This document shows positions 1 to 11,116 of a DNA stretch of 64,000 nt, one piece after another (the stretch's first letter is position 1; every line of letters starts with the position of its first letter). The position numbers and the translations under genes are program-made. The DNA comes from an uncultured Gemmatimonadaceae bacterium (GTDB lineage: Bacteria > Gemmatimonadota > Gemmatimonadetes > Gemmatimonadales > Gemmatimonadaceae). A model generated the notes under the pieces. That model made no database searches, was not told the origin of the DNA, and worked only from the letters and a program-made list of their open reading frames with translations. The stretch is taken from NCBI GenBank assembly GCA_963829055.1, contig CAWHHI010000004.1, positions 1 to 64,000 on the forward strand. The letters run 5' to 3'.

Positions 1-14
1 ACGCGCTCTCTGGC

Positions 15-991
15 GTGGTCACGACGCGGGGCGGCACGCCGGTGGACACCGGCGTGCTCGCTGCGCGCGAGATGCGACACGGGGCGCGTGTCATTTCCTA
101 TGTCCCCTCGCGCTTCAACGAGCTGCCGTCGCGCCGCTACTATCTGTACATGATGCTGCCGCCATCGTCCTGGCCTGCATCACCATCTATCCGTTCTTCT
201 GGCTCATCTGGATGTGCCTCCACGATGTCGACGTCGGTGCTGTGGGCAACAAGTTGAACGACTTCAGGAATTGGACCCGGCTTGGCCGCGACGCGAAGTT
301 TACCGATGGCTGGTACCTGCTCATCAAGTACAGCGCCATGTGCATGGTGGCCGAAGTCGGGCTCGGGGTCACGCTGGCGACGTGGCTGGAATCGCTCGCG
401 CTTCGAGAAGACGCTGGTCACCATCTTCCTGATGCCGATGATGATGGCACCGGTAGTGGCCGGTCTCGTCTGGTACTACCTCTACAATTCGACTTTCGGC
501 TGGTACCACTGGCTGTTCGAAGCGTGGGGTTGCACCAAGTCGATTCTGGGTGATACGTCCACGGCGATGCTGGGCATCGTCATCGTCGACGTCTGGCAGT
601 GGACGCCGCTCATCATCCTAATCACCCTCGCCGGGCTCAAGCGCGTGCCGCGCGATCAGCTCGAGGCGAACATGGTCGACGGTGCCGGCGAGATCCGAAT
701 TTCTTCGCCATCACCCTTCCCAATCTCTACCCGTTCCTGCTGATCGCAATTCTATTGCGGTTCATGGACAATTTCCGCTTCATCGACGCCATCCTGGTCC
801 TGACCGGGGGCGGGCCTGCGAACTCGACCAAGATCCTGCCGACCTATCTATTCGATGTCTCCTTCCAGTTACTCAAGCTCGGGCGCGGTGCCGCCATCGC
901 CCTGACGCTTCTGGTGGTGACGATCATTCTCGGCATGCTCCTGGTTCGGGTCTTCGACAGCCCGGTCAACAAGCAGCGTCCGGCGGGTTGA
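15..991 (+). CDS. Carbohydrate ABC transporter permease (MalF/UgpA-like), split by apparent indels; start uncertain
   Basis: Fragments ITIYPFFWLIWM, TIFLMPMMMAPVVAGLVW, VDVWQWTPLIILITLAGL, EANMVDGA (EAA motif), LTGGGPANSTKILPTYLF across frames. Confidence 0.85.
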
Positions 992-995
992 TCCC

Positions 996-1878
996 ATGGC
1001 ATCCATGGACATGGTTCAATACCGCTCACCGCTGCGCCGCGTAGGCGGCGTTGTGATCGGTCTGTTCCTTGCCTTCTACCTGATATGGACGCTGCTGCCG
1101 CTGCTGATCATGTTCGTGTCCTCGTTCAAGGAGCTACTCGAAGCGTTCAAGCTGCCCGCTGTCGGCGACTGGGGCGGAGTGACGTTGTTCTTTGACTTCA
1201 GTCCCACCTTCAAGCACTATCACAACCTGTTCGCCGACCTCAATTTCACGATCTACCTCTTCAACAGCATCGCTGCTTCGCTCGGATCGGCACTGATCTC
1301 GGTGGTGCTCGGCTCCATGTCGTTGCCCTATCCGCGCGCAACGACTTTCGCGGCAAGAAGGACCTGTTCTTCTGGATCATCTCGACGCGGATGGCGCCGG
1401 TGGTGGCGGTGATGGTGCGGCTTCTACGCGATCTTCCGCTCGGCGGGCCTGGTTGGCACCCTGCCGGGGCTGATCCTTGCCTACACGACGTTCAACCTGC
1501 CGTTCGCTATCTGGATCCTCAAGGGCTTCTTCGACAATGTGCCCTACGCAATCGAGGAGGCGCAGATGTGCGACGGTGCCACTCCCCTGCAGGCCTTCCG
1601 CTCGATCCTGCCACTGGTGGCCCCCGGCATTGGCGCGTTTCTTGTCCTATGTGTGCTGTTTGCTTGGAACGACTTCCTCTTTCGCCTCGATCATCGGCTC
1701 TGGCGGCGCGAAGACGCTGCCGGTGGCGACGCGCGAACTGGTGCAGCCGCAGAACATCCAGTGGGGCAGCATCATGGCCGCTGAAGCTCGTGACTACCTT
1801 GCCGATGATGTTTCTGGGCCTGCTAATTCGACGCTATCTCGTCGCCGGGCTGGCCCATGGGCGCTGTCAGGGAATAGG
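996..1878 (+). CDS. Carbohydrate ABC transporter permease (MalG-like), frameshifted
   Basis: [79 protein letters not shown]. Confidence 0.85.
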
Positions 1879-1891
1879 AGCAACCTCACCG

Positions 1892-2862
1892 ATGGCGTCC
1901 GTCAGCATTCGGCGATGTTCTGGAAGCTCTACGGCAAGACCGGCCGCCGTGAAGCGAGCTCATCCTCGTCTGCCCAAGACGGCGAGTTCCTCTGCGTGCT
2001 CGGACCATCCGGGTGCGGAAAATCGTCCACGCTGCGGATGCTGGCCGGTTTGGAGCAGATCTCTGCCGGCGACATCTATTTCGGCGAGCGACGGGTCAAC
2101 GACCTGCCGCCGAGGGATCGCGACATCGCGATGGTGTTCGAGAACTACGCTCTCTACCCGCACAAGACGGTGTACGAGAACATCGCCAATCCCTTGCGAC
2201 TGCGCGGTACCGATCATGCCACCATCGAGCGCAAAGTCGCGAAAGCGGCCGAATTGCTCGAGATCCAGCCCGTTGCTACAGCGCCGTCCGGGTGAACTCT
2301 CCGGCGGCCAGAAACAGCGGACCGCCATCGGGAGGGCGATCGTGCGCGAGCCCGAGCTGTTCCTGTTCGATGAGCCGATCGCGCATCTCGATGCCAAGCT
2401 GCGTGCCCACATGCGGGGCGAGCTCAAGATCATGCAGCGCGAGCTGGGCACGACCATGGTCTATGTGACCCATGATCAGCTCGAGGCACTGTCGATGGCG
2501 GACCGCATCGCCGTCATGCACGACGGCGTGCTGCAGCAGTTCGGCACGCCACAGGAAATCTACGATCATCCGGTCAACGAATGGGTTGCCGGCTTCGTCG
2601 GCGAGCCGCCAATGAATTTTCTGGACTGCACGCTGGAGGAACATGGTGACCAGCTCATGGTCGCCCATCCCGCCTTCGCCGTGCCGGTGACGCCAGCGCA
2701 ACGCACTGCCCTGTCGGGCGATCGGGCGTCGGCACGTCAGGTGCGGCTCGCCATGCGTCCGGCAGAGATTGCGATCGTCCCATCGGGGGTTGACGGCGCA
2801 ATCAAAGCCAACATTCTCGTGACCGAGCCGCTGGGTGGCGACATGCTCATCAGTGCATTGGT
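1892..2862 (+). pseudogene. MalK-like sugar ABC ATPase, truncated in the C-terminal TOBE domain at a junction with the integrase fragment
   Basis: Walker [19 protein letters not shown], signature LSGGQKQR, Walker B FLFDEP, YVTHDQ; similarity ends after [13 protein letters not shown]. Confidence 0.85.
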
Positions 2863-3239
2863 TCCGACAGCACAGTCGGGACGAATCCACTCTTCTGACG
2901 AGCGGGGAAGTCCTCGATGCGCTTCAGCGGGCGAATCAGCACGGCATCGTACAAGAATCGCAGGGCGGCCAGCGCCTGATTCTGCGTCGATGCCGAGACG
3001 CCGTCGTCCACCGCGAGCACCGACAGGAAGTCGCGCACGTCGTCCTCCCCAAGCTCCTTCGGATGACGGCGTCCATGGAACCGGATGAACCGCCTGATCC
3101 AATGCACGTACGTCTCCTGCGTGCGTCGACTGTAGCGGCGCTCGCGAAGACGCCGCCGCACGACCTCCATGAATCGCAGCGGTCGATCAGGTTCAGGCGG
3201 CCCGGTGAGCTGGGAGTCGGGAATGAGCGGGTAGGACAC
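2850..3239 (-). pseudogene. intI: Integron integrase (IntI-like), N-terminal part only; no catalytic domain
   Basis: [70 protein letters not shown]...PTVLS is the characteristic IntI N-terminus; it stops at the PxVLS motif. Confidence 0.85.
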
Positions 3240-3315
3240 GATATGAACGGTGCACCACCTGGCGCCGTCATGTGCCACCAATTCGCCGCGCCCCCCATCA
3301 ATAACGACAAGCGAA

Positions 3316-3342
3316 AGGCGCCCTCCTTGTGGGAGGGCGCCT
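3316..3342. terminator. Hairpin downstream of the M14 peptidase gene
   Basis: AGGCGCCCTCC-ttgtg-GGAGGGCGCCT inverted repeat; short T run on the minus strand. Confidence 0.6.
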
Positions 3343-3380
3343 GATCAATCGCGACCGGCTGTCGTCAGGCGACGGCCGTT

Positions 3381-6300
3381 CTACTTCTCGTCCAACTTCC
3401 GCCCGGCGTTCAGATTGTCCCAGTTCAACATCGTGTTGAACACGAGCGCGTAGCTGCCGATCGTCTCGCCACGCCACGAGCGGATTGTTCGCGAACAGCA
3501 CGACGTGCCCCTTCTGCATCGGCACGTCCACGACCACCGGTCGCTGCGCGATGTCGCCGCCGCCATCGAGCAGGCCAGACACTAACAGTTCACGCTGATC
3601 CGCGAACCGGAGCGGCACGCGCGGACGCTGATCCGGCGGAATCACGTTCAGCGGATTGCGCAGCTGATCATCCGTGATCGGCGCGGCCTGCCACGGCTGC
3701 ACCGTCACACGCGGCGGCGCCTCGAACTTCGGATCCACCGGGCGACCCTGCGTCACGTCGGGATCATCCGCGGTGCCACGACCCGTCGCGCGCGTTGCGC
3801 CACCGCCGCCACCGAAGCCGCGTCCACCGGCGCGCGAATTCGAGATCGAGAAGCTCCCGCCATCATCGCTGTACACGGCGAGATTGTCGGCCACACCGTA
3901 CACGATCGGGCTCGTCTCATCGACGAGCTTCGACCGCAGCAGGGTTCCAACCACCGAGCCGCTCTTCGCGTTGTTCACGCTCACGCCATTCGTCAGACCG
4001 AACTGCACCGCGAATTCCGCCGTGTTGTTCACGCCCACGAGCACACCGCCGCGGTTCACGAAGCTCTCGAGATTCGCCAGACCCTGCCAGCCGAGTCCGG
4101 GGCGCATGTCGTCGGTCTGCGCGAGGGTGCTGATGTTGGGCGTCTCCGGCGAATTCTTCCACGGCATCGGGTTCCGCCATTGCGGCATCCCCTGAATGAT
4201 CGCCGTGCCGTTGCCGCCCGACGGGCGGGAAGAGGATCACGTCGTACTTCGCGTTCAGGTTCGGGATCTTCGCGACGTCCTGCGTGCTGATGTAGTCGAA
4301 CGGAATCGACAGCTGATCGAACGCCTGACGCCACCAGCCCTCGGTCTGCGTGCTGAACCACGTGTGCATGATCGCGACGCGCGCGGCGCGCACCGGATGC
4401 GTCTTGACGTTAGGCGCGGCGGTCAGCGCGACGACGGAGAGACCGAGGTCCTTCGCGGCCTTGTCGAGGTCCGCGGACGGGAACGCCGCGGATGATGAAC
4501 GATCCACGTCCGAACCGCTTACCGCCTGCCTCGAACCCCTCCTCCGCGGCCTGGAAGTCAGCCTTCGCGAAGCGGTAGCGCAGCGTCGCGAGCGCGTTGT
4601 CCGCGTTATGGTTGATCGCGAAGACGGTCCCAGTGCCGGTGACGCCACCGGTTGGCTTGATGTCAGCTGGTCACGCGCTCCATCGCCACATCGAGGACCT
4701 TGGGGTCCGTCACGCGCACGGACTGCACGTTGAACCCCTCGGGGAACGTCCAGCCGGTGTCGTCGTACGGGTTCTTCTGCGGATCGTTAGGGCTCCAGAA
4801 CTGATAGTCGAGCAGTGCGTCGGCGATGCGCGAGTAGGGCTGGTCCATGCGAATTATGTAGGAGCCGGCGGGGAAGGTTCTCGCCGTCGGGACTGGGGAC
4901 TGGGGATTGGGGACTGGGGTAGAATCGGGACGCGCGGCGCCTCCGCTGGTCGAGTCCGCGCCGCCGCCCTCCGCCGGCCGCCTTCCGCGCCGGGATCGTC
5001 ACCGTGAACGGCGCCGTCGCGCGCGAGATCTCCACCGCCTGCTTCCGCAGCACGTTCAGCAGCTCCGCCTGCGCGCCGGGGCGACGATCGTCGGCCGGCA
5101 GCACGTACGCCGCCGGTCCTTCGACGCGCGCCTTCGTCACCGAGCGCTTGCTCTTCTGGTAGAAGTTCTCGAGAAACTGCCGGCGGTTGTTCGCGAAGTA
5201 GTTCAGCGAGACGAGCACGCCCGTCTGCTCGTAGTTGTTGTTGTTGCGGAGACTCCACTTCACCTTCGCGAGCGGCGGGTTCTGGCGATACCACGTCCGC
5301 TCCGTCTCGTTAGGCGACAGCGTCCGATCGACCGTCTCGGCCGTGCCGCCATTGCCGAACGTCTCGTACAGGCGGCTGATGCCGTTGTGCGTCGCCGCGA
5401 TGAACATGAGATAGCCCGGCGACCACGTGTCGAACGTCCCGTGCGCGAACACGCCGGGCATGCCCATGCGCGTCATCTCCTGCACGTTGTTCCAGCCGAT
5501 CATCTGCCACTCGTTCGTGAGCAGCGGGTCGATCCAGGCGTTGAACGGGCCGTCGCCGATCGTGTTGTCGTACAGGAACGGCACCGACTCGTGCAGGTCG
5601 TGCAGCACCTGCGCCTTCCAGTCCACGTACGTGTTGAGGACGTTCTGCGTGAGCTTGAGCGTCATGCCCATGGCGTCACGGTTGTTGTCGTGCGCGACGT
5701 ACTTGCCCCAGTAGACGATGTTCGGATACGTCTGACCGGGGTGCTTCATGTGCCAGTTGAAGATGTCGACGACGCGGTCGCGCCCGTCCACCTCGACGAT
5801 CGGCGTGATGAGCGTGATGAGGTTCTCGCGGATGTTCTTGATGTACGCGCTCTCGTCCACCGCGAGGCGATACGCCAGTCTCCATCATCGCCGTCGGCGC
5901 GCCGGCTTCGGGCGAGTGGATCGTCCCCGTCACGTAGTACACCGGCACCGCGTCACTCGCGATCTGCTCGGCCACCTTGTCATTCGAGGTTGATCGTGCG
6001 CGGATCGGCGAGCTTCGCGAGCTTGGCCTTGTTCTCGTCGAGCTTCGCGAGCAGCGCCTCGGACGCGACGGCGACGGCGATCATCTCGCGGCCTTCTTCG
6101 GTCGGCCGATGGAGAAGACCTTCACGCGCGGACTCGCCTTCTCGAGCATGCGCATGTACTCGTACACCTCCTTCGAGTACGGCAGCTTGGTCGGCGCGCC
6201 GGCGATGTCGCCTAACACGGCCTTGGGCGTCGGCACGGTCTTGCTCGCCGGGAGGTAGTCCACGAGCGGCGAGAGGAAGAACGGCTCGGTCGTGTATTCC

Positions 6301-6494
6301 CTGATCTTCGCGGTGTACGCGGAGTCGATGGGCTGATTCGGATCGCGACCGGGCTTGGCCGTGGAGAGATCGGTGGGAGCGCCCGCGCCGGGCTCGCGAC
6401 TGGCTGGATTCGGCGCGCTCTGCGCGAACGACAGCGCGGGTAACGCGGCCAACAAGACGACGGCGAATACGGACGCGAACGGACGGCGTCTCAT
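3381..6494 (-). CDS. Secreted M14-family zinc carboxypeptidase-like protein with C-terminal glutamine-amidotransferase-like region, multiply frameshifted
   Basis: Signal peptide MRRRPFASVFAVVLLAALPALSFAQ; TIHSPE, DNNRD, DLHES zinc motifs; pieces in ORFs 6081-6605, 4787-5860, 3917-4648, 3298-4188, 3381-3566. Confidence 0.8.
4889..4919. repeat. Heptamer tandem repeat (GGGGA[C/T]T)n inside the M14 gene
   Basis: gggactggggactggggattggggactgggg. Confidence 0.85.
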
Positions 6495-6612
6495 GAAGTA
6501 CCTCGGCAAAGAGGGATCAGTTGGGAGAATGGGAAACGTACAGACTGGGCCAGCGGCGGGAACAGGGAACCGGGACGGGAACCGGGAAGCGGGCTGCTCG
6601 CTCATTGCGTGT

Positions 6613-6719
6613 TGTCATCCCGAGCGTCAGCGAGGGATCTTCTGTGAAGTACTCGTGGCCAGGCCAGCTACGATGACGTCACAGAAGGTCCCTCGTCGCT
6701 GGCGCTCCTCGGGATGACA
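6613..6719. repeat. Palindromic element family B, copy 1 (TGTCATCCCGAG...CTCGGGATGACA)
   Basis: Terminal inverted repeats and internal GAGGGATCTTCTGTGA/TCACAGAAGGTCCCTC arms; near reverse complement of 10139-10243. Confidence 0.9.
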
Positions 6720-6728
6720 CCCGCACGA

Positions 6729-7229
6729 ATGACGACACGCGCCACCATCATCAAGCGGGCCTACGAGGTCTTCAGCGCCGACGCCGACTCCGCGCCGAAC
6801 ATCACGCTGCGCGGTGGCAATGCCATCGACAGCTACGACGAGCCTCCGCCGTTCGACCCCGCGATCGACGAGCCCACGGACGCGTACCTCGAGACGCACG
6901 CATTCCACGGGATGAACTTCATCGACGCGCAGTCGTGGCGACACTATCTGCCGAGGCTCATCGACTACGCGCTGCGGAACATTGCGAGCAACGCGCCGGG
7001 CACGATGGCCATCGACGCCTTCCTCTGGTCGTGCCGGCCACCCGATCGCGATCCGCCTCGCCTCGCGTCGCTCACGGCCGAGCAGGAGGACGTCGTCCGC
7101 GCGGCGCTCGACGAGCTCGCGTTCGCCGACGATTCCGTCTATCGCACGGACGCGATGCAGGTCCTCGAAGAGTGGTGGATTCCCGGCGCCCTGTATCGTC
7201 CGCGGGACCCGGCGCGGCCTAACGACTAG
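6729..7229 (+). CDS. Hypothetical acidic protein (possibly DUF6714-like)
   Basis: Open ORF with FIDAQSWRHYLPRLIDYAL; family assignment from memory only. Confidence 0.6.
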   Translation: MTTRATIIKRAYEVFSADADSAPNITLRGGNAIDSYDEPPPFDPAIDEPTDAYLETHAFHGMNFIDAQSWRHYLPRLIDYALRNIASNAPGTMAIDAFLWSCRPPDRDPPRLASLTAEQEDVVRAALDELAFADDSVYRTDAMQVLEEWWIPGALYRPRDPARPND

Positions 7230-8419
7230 CCGACGCGCTCGATGACGTGGAGAACCCGCGCGCATCCTCGCGTGGCAACAGACCTTCGATCGCCAACAGG
7301 AACTGTCGCGTTGCCTCATGGTCTCCCTGAAGCGCGGCGCGCATTCTGACGCTGTTGCGGGGACACCGGCGTGAACCGCGCGCGATCGAGGTTCATGCGA
7401 TAGTCGGGCATCGTCGCCTCGTTCCGACGACGCTCATACTCCACGAGCGCGTCCGTAAGCGCGCGTCGACCAGCGATGCCATCGCTCACGGCCTCCGCGA
7501 GCAGCTCGGCGTCACGAAACGCGTCGCAGATGCCGAGCGCGAGGTAGGGGTCCTTGTGGCACCCGGCGTCGCCGACGAGCGCCCAGCCCGGGCCGTACGG
7601 CGTGCGCAGGAAGTTTCGGAGATCCGTCGCGCCGTAGAAACGATCCGCACGACGCCCCGCACGGATGCGCTCACCTAACGCCGGCACGCCATCCACGGCC
7701 GCGAGGAACTGACGCTCGATGTCCGCGCGCACCAGACGCAGCTCGGAGCTGGGCCAGGCGACGAACACCGCGAACAGTCCGTCGTTCGTCGGGAACGCGA
7801 ACATTGCGCGGCCGTGACGATCGTAGATCTCGAGCGCATGGCCCGCAACGTCCGACCAGTAGCTGAAGTACCAGCACGTGAGCGACGGCACCTGCTCGTA
7901 TTCAGGGGCATCGACCGCGCGCGCGACGTGCGAGTTGCGACCATCAGCGCCAATGGTGATCGTGGCCCGCTCCGTCGCCGACCGACCACCGCGCCGATCG
8001 CCGCCGCGGATTCCGGTGACGCGGCCCGAGTCCATCGTGAGCGATTCGACGGAGAAGCCGGCGCGAAGCTCGGCCCCAGCCTCCACCGCCGCATCGACGA
8101 GCGCCCGATCGAGCGCGGTGCGACGCGGACCGAAGGCGACGGGGACGCCGTCGACCGCAAGGTCACTCGCGGTGAGCGGGAACTCGCCCGGGTCCACGGT
8201 CATCGTGGTGATCTGGGGGCACCCGGCAGCCGTCAGGCGGTCGAGGAGCCCCCAGTCGGCGAGCCGCTTTGGCCCGCCGCGGTGAATGAGATGCCCGTGC
8301 GGGATCTCACTCGGAAACGTGGCGCGATCCACCAGCAGGACGCGGTGGCCTTTCCGTGCGAGCAGCATTGCCGTCGCGGCACCGCTGCACCGCGCGCCGA
8401 TCACGATGGCGTCGTACAT
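7219..8419 (-). CDS. FAD-dependent oxidoreductase/monooxygenase (geranylgeranyl-reductase-like)
   Basis: YDAIVIGARCSGAA (GxGxxG), IGADGRNS, LVGDAGCHKDP; the ORF track stops at 7316 but a shifted frame continues (MRAALQGDHEATRQFLLAIEG) to TAG at 7219. Confidence 0.85.
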
Positions 8420-8465
8420 CGGTCCTCCTCATCCCGCTGCCCGAACCGTTAGACGAATCAGCGCG

Positions 8466-10135
8466 TCATTGCCGGCAAGGAGCGTGCGGATCGCCCTTGG
8501 GGATGTCAATAACCGGACGATGGTCGAGGTTGGCGATCCGCAGCGCTGCATCGTGGACGAACCGCGAGACTCGCGCCATGTCGGGGTAGTCGATGTACTG
8601 TGCCTCGTCGGTCACCTGGTGGTAGTCGAGGTGCTCGCCACGCGAGAAGGCGACCGCCGGAATCGTGTACCGCGCGTAGTTGTAGTGATCGGCGCGGCAG
8701 TAGTACTGCAGCGGGTGGCCGGGCGCGTCGAACGTGTAGTTGAAGACGAACGGCACGGGCTGCGCGGCGTTGACGGCCTCGAGTATCTCGCCAAATTCCT
8801 TCGACACCCGCTTCGCGCCGACGACCTCGAGGTACGTCGGGACCAGCGTCAGGCAGATCCTGCGCGGTGCCGCGTCCAACCATGTCCTGGTCGATCTCGG
8901 CCACTATGGAGTCGGTCGGAACCGTCGCGTGGTCCGTGAACCAGCCTGAGCCCACGAGCCCCGACTCCTCACCGGTGTGATTCACGAACAGGATCGACCG
9001 GCGTGGATGCTTCGCGGCGGACATCGCTTCGGCGATCTCGAGGATCGACACCGTGCCGGAGCCATCGTCATCCGCGCCGTTGCGGATCGAATCGAGACGC
9101 GGCGGACGAACTGCGCGCAGGCTGTCGCGGATGGCTGTGATGCGCGCGGCCTCCTCGGCGTTAGGCGGGCGCGGCGGACTGTCGGCGCCCATGGGCCGGA
9201 TGACGCGATTGTACGCGCGGAGCGAATCGTGATCGACGGGCGAGCGATCGAAGCCCGACGTGATCGTTGTGCGCCGTGAGCGCGACGTACTGCCCCTTGA
9301 GCGCCGGATCCGAGCCGCGCAGTATGGCAACGACGTTGCGAGCGGCGTACGCGACCTGCTTGGGCGCGAAGCCAACGCTTCCGCTCACCGTCTTGCCCGC
9401 CGCGCCCGGCGTCATGCTCGACGGCTCGGCGCCGAGCAATGCGGATGCTGCCTTTGGCGAGATGAATGCCATGGGCGGCGCGGTGGGATTTTGCGCGGAG
9501 TTCACCGTTAGGCGCCCCGCCTGAATGCTGGCGCGCTGCTCACCGGGCAGGAGGTCGAGCGCGACGATCGCGATCAACTTGGCGTTGGCGAAGCGCGGAT
9601 CGCGCGCGACGCCCTGGACACCGCGCGTCGTGCGGATGCCATCCGGGCCCGGGCGAATGTCGAGCACGACGACCTTGCCTGACGCCGCGTCAGCCGTGAT
9701 TCCCTCGGCCGGATTGTTCGCGGCTCCGCCGTACACGACCGACGCGTTATCGAGGCGTCGCATGGTTGTCGGGACGCCGAGCAGCAGGACGTCCGTACCT
9801 AACGCGAAACGAGCTCCGCCGGCCTCGAGATACGTTCCGGCGTCAGGCGCCATGAGCACGAACGGCACGGTCTGGAAGTAGGTCCCATTCTCGCCCGCGG
9901 GTTCGAGGCCAAGTCGCTTGAACTCACTCGCGACATACTCGGCCGCCTTGTAGTTGCCGGCCTCGCCTGGCTGGCGCCCCATCATCGAGTCGTCGGCGAT
10001 GAGATAGAGGCGCGATCGGAGGTCGTCGGCGGAGATCGCGGTTTGCGTGGACGCAGTGCGCGGCGGTCGTGGGGCCTGAGCGCTGGCGCGAGTGGCGGCG
10101 AGCAGTACGAACAGCGAAGCAGTGGGCACGCGCAT
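8466..10135 (-). CDS. Secreted M28-family peptidase with PA domain, frameshifted
   Basis: ALTAHNDHVG, NGADDDGSG, HTGEESGL, DQDMVG, RADHYNY, DYHQVTD. Confidence 0.9.
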
Positions 10136-10138
10136 GTG

Positions 10139-10307
10139 TGTCATCCCGAGGAGCGAAGCGACGAGGGACCTTCTGTGATGTCATCGTAGCAAGTACGGCC
10201 ACGAGTATTTCACGGAAGATCCCTCGCTGTCGCTCGGGATGACAGGGCTGTCACCCGGATGACAGGGCTGTCACTCGGGATGACAAGGCTGTCGCGCGGG
10301 ATGACAA
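10139..10307. repeat. Palindromic element family B, copy 2, followed by three extra ~21-bp copies of its right end
   Basis: TGTCATCCCGAG...CTCGGGATGACA, then repeated (gggctgtc-n-cggatgaca)-type units. Confidence 0.9.
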
Positions 10308-10315
10308 GTCGACGC

Positions 10316-11116
10316 CTACGGTTCGTCCCTGGGTTCGTCCCGGAGCAGCGATTCCAGACGCGCGCGCCGTTCGCGGCTCAGCGGCACTCGCGCGCCGTTC
10401 GTGAGCAACACGACGTGCTCATAACGAGAGACCGTATGGATGGCGCGGATCCGATCGAGGCGCACGATGGCCGAGCGGTGGGTGCGAACGAACTGCGCGG
10501 GGTCGAGACGCGCCTCGAGCACCGCCATCCGTTCACGTAAGAGACGGGGACGGCCCTCCGCCGTGTGGAGGCGCACGTAGTACGTGTCTGCCTCGATCCA
10601 GTCGAGGTCCGCTACTGGGACCACGATCGTCGCGTCGCGGTCGCGGACAATGAGCCGATCCAGATATCCAGCGCGTTCCGCCTTCTGCGGCGCCGCGCCA
10701 TCTCGGCCGATCGACTCCGCGAGTGCGCGCACTTCGCGAACACGTCGCTCGGCGCGTTCGACGGCGGAGGCGATGCGCTCGCGCGCGAACGGCTTGAGTA
10801 CGTAGTCGAGTGCGCGTGCGTCGAACGCGCGAAGTGCGTGCTCGTCGTATGCGGTGACGAACACGATCGCCGGCGGGAGCTCGTCCGGCTCGAGCGACTC
10901 CAGCAGCGCGAAGCCATCGATCTCCGGCATCTCGACATCGACGAACAGCACGTCGGGACGTTCAGCGCGGAGTGCGTCGCGCGCGGCGCGGCCATCGGCG
11001 CACGTTGCGACGACGTCGACGCCGACTGCCACGAGATCGGCCGTGAGGCCCTCACGCGCGTGCAACTCGTCGTCGACGACGACGGCGCGTAGACGCTCCG
11101 GCCGCTCTGTGCTCAC
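10316..11116 (-). CDS. LytTR-family response regulator
   Basis: REC domain (VVDDE, FVDVEMP, FVTAYDEHALRAFD, DYVLKP) and LytTR FVRTHRSAIV. Confidence 0.95.
   Translation of the reverse strand: MSTERPERLRAVVVDDELHAREGLTADLVAVGVDVVATCADGRAARDALRAERPDVLFVDVEMPEIDGFALLESLEPDELPPAIVFVTAYDEHALRAFDARALDYVLKPFARERIASAVERAERRVREVRALAESIGRDGAAPQKAERAGYLDRLIVRDRDATIVVPVADLDWIEADTYYVRLHTAEGRPRLLRERMAVLEARLDPAQFVRTHRSAIVRLDRIRAIHTVSRYEHVVLLTNGARVPLSRERRARLESLLRDEPRDEP

Noticed and set aside
6555..6592. GGGAAC-rich short repeats upstream of the M14 gene
   Set aside because: Short and degenerate; no supportable function
10232..10307. CRISPR array
   Set aside because: Units of ~21 bp without unique spacers, derived from the family B end; no cas genes
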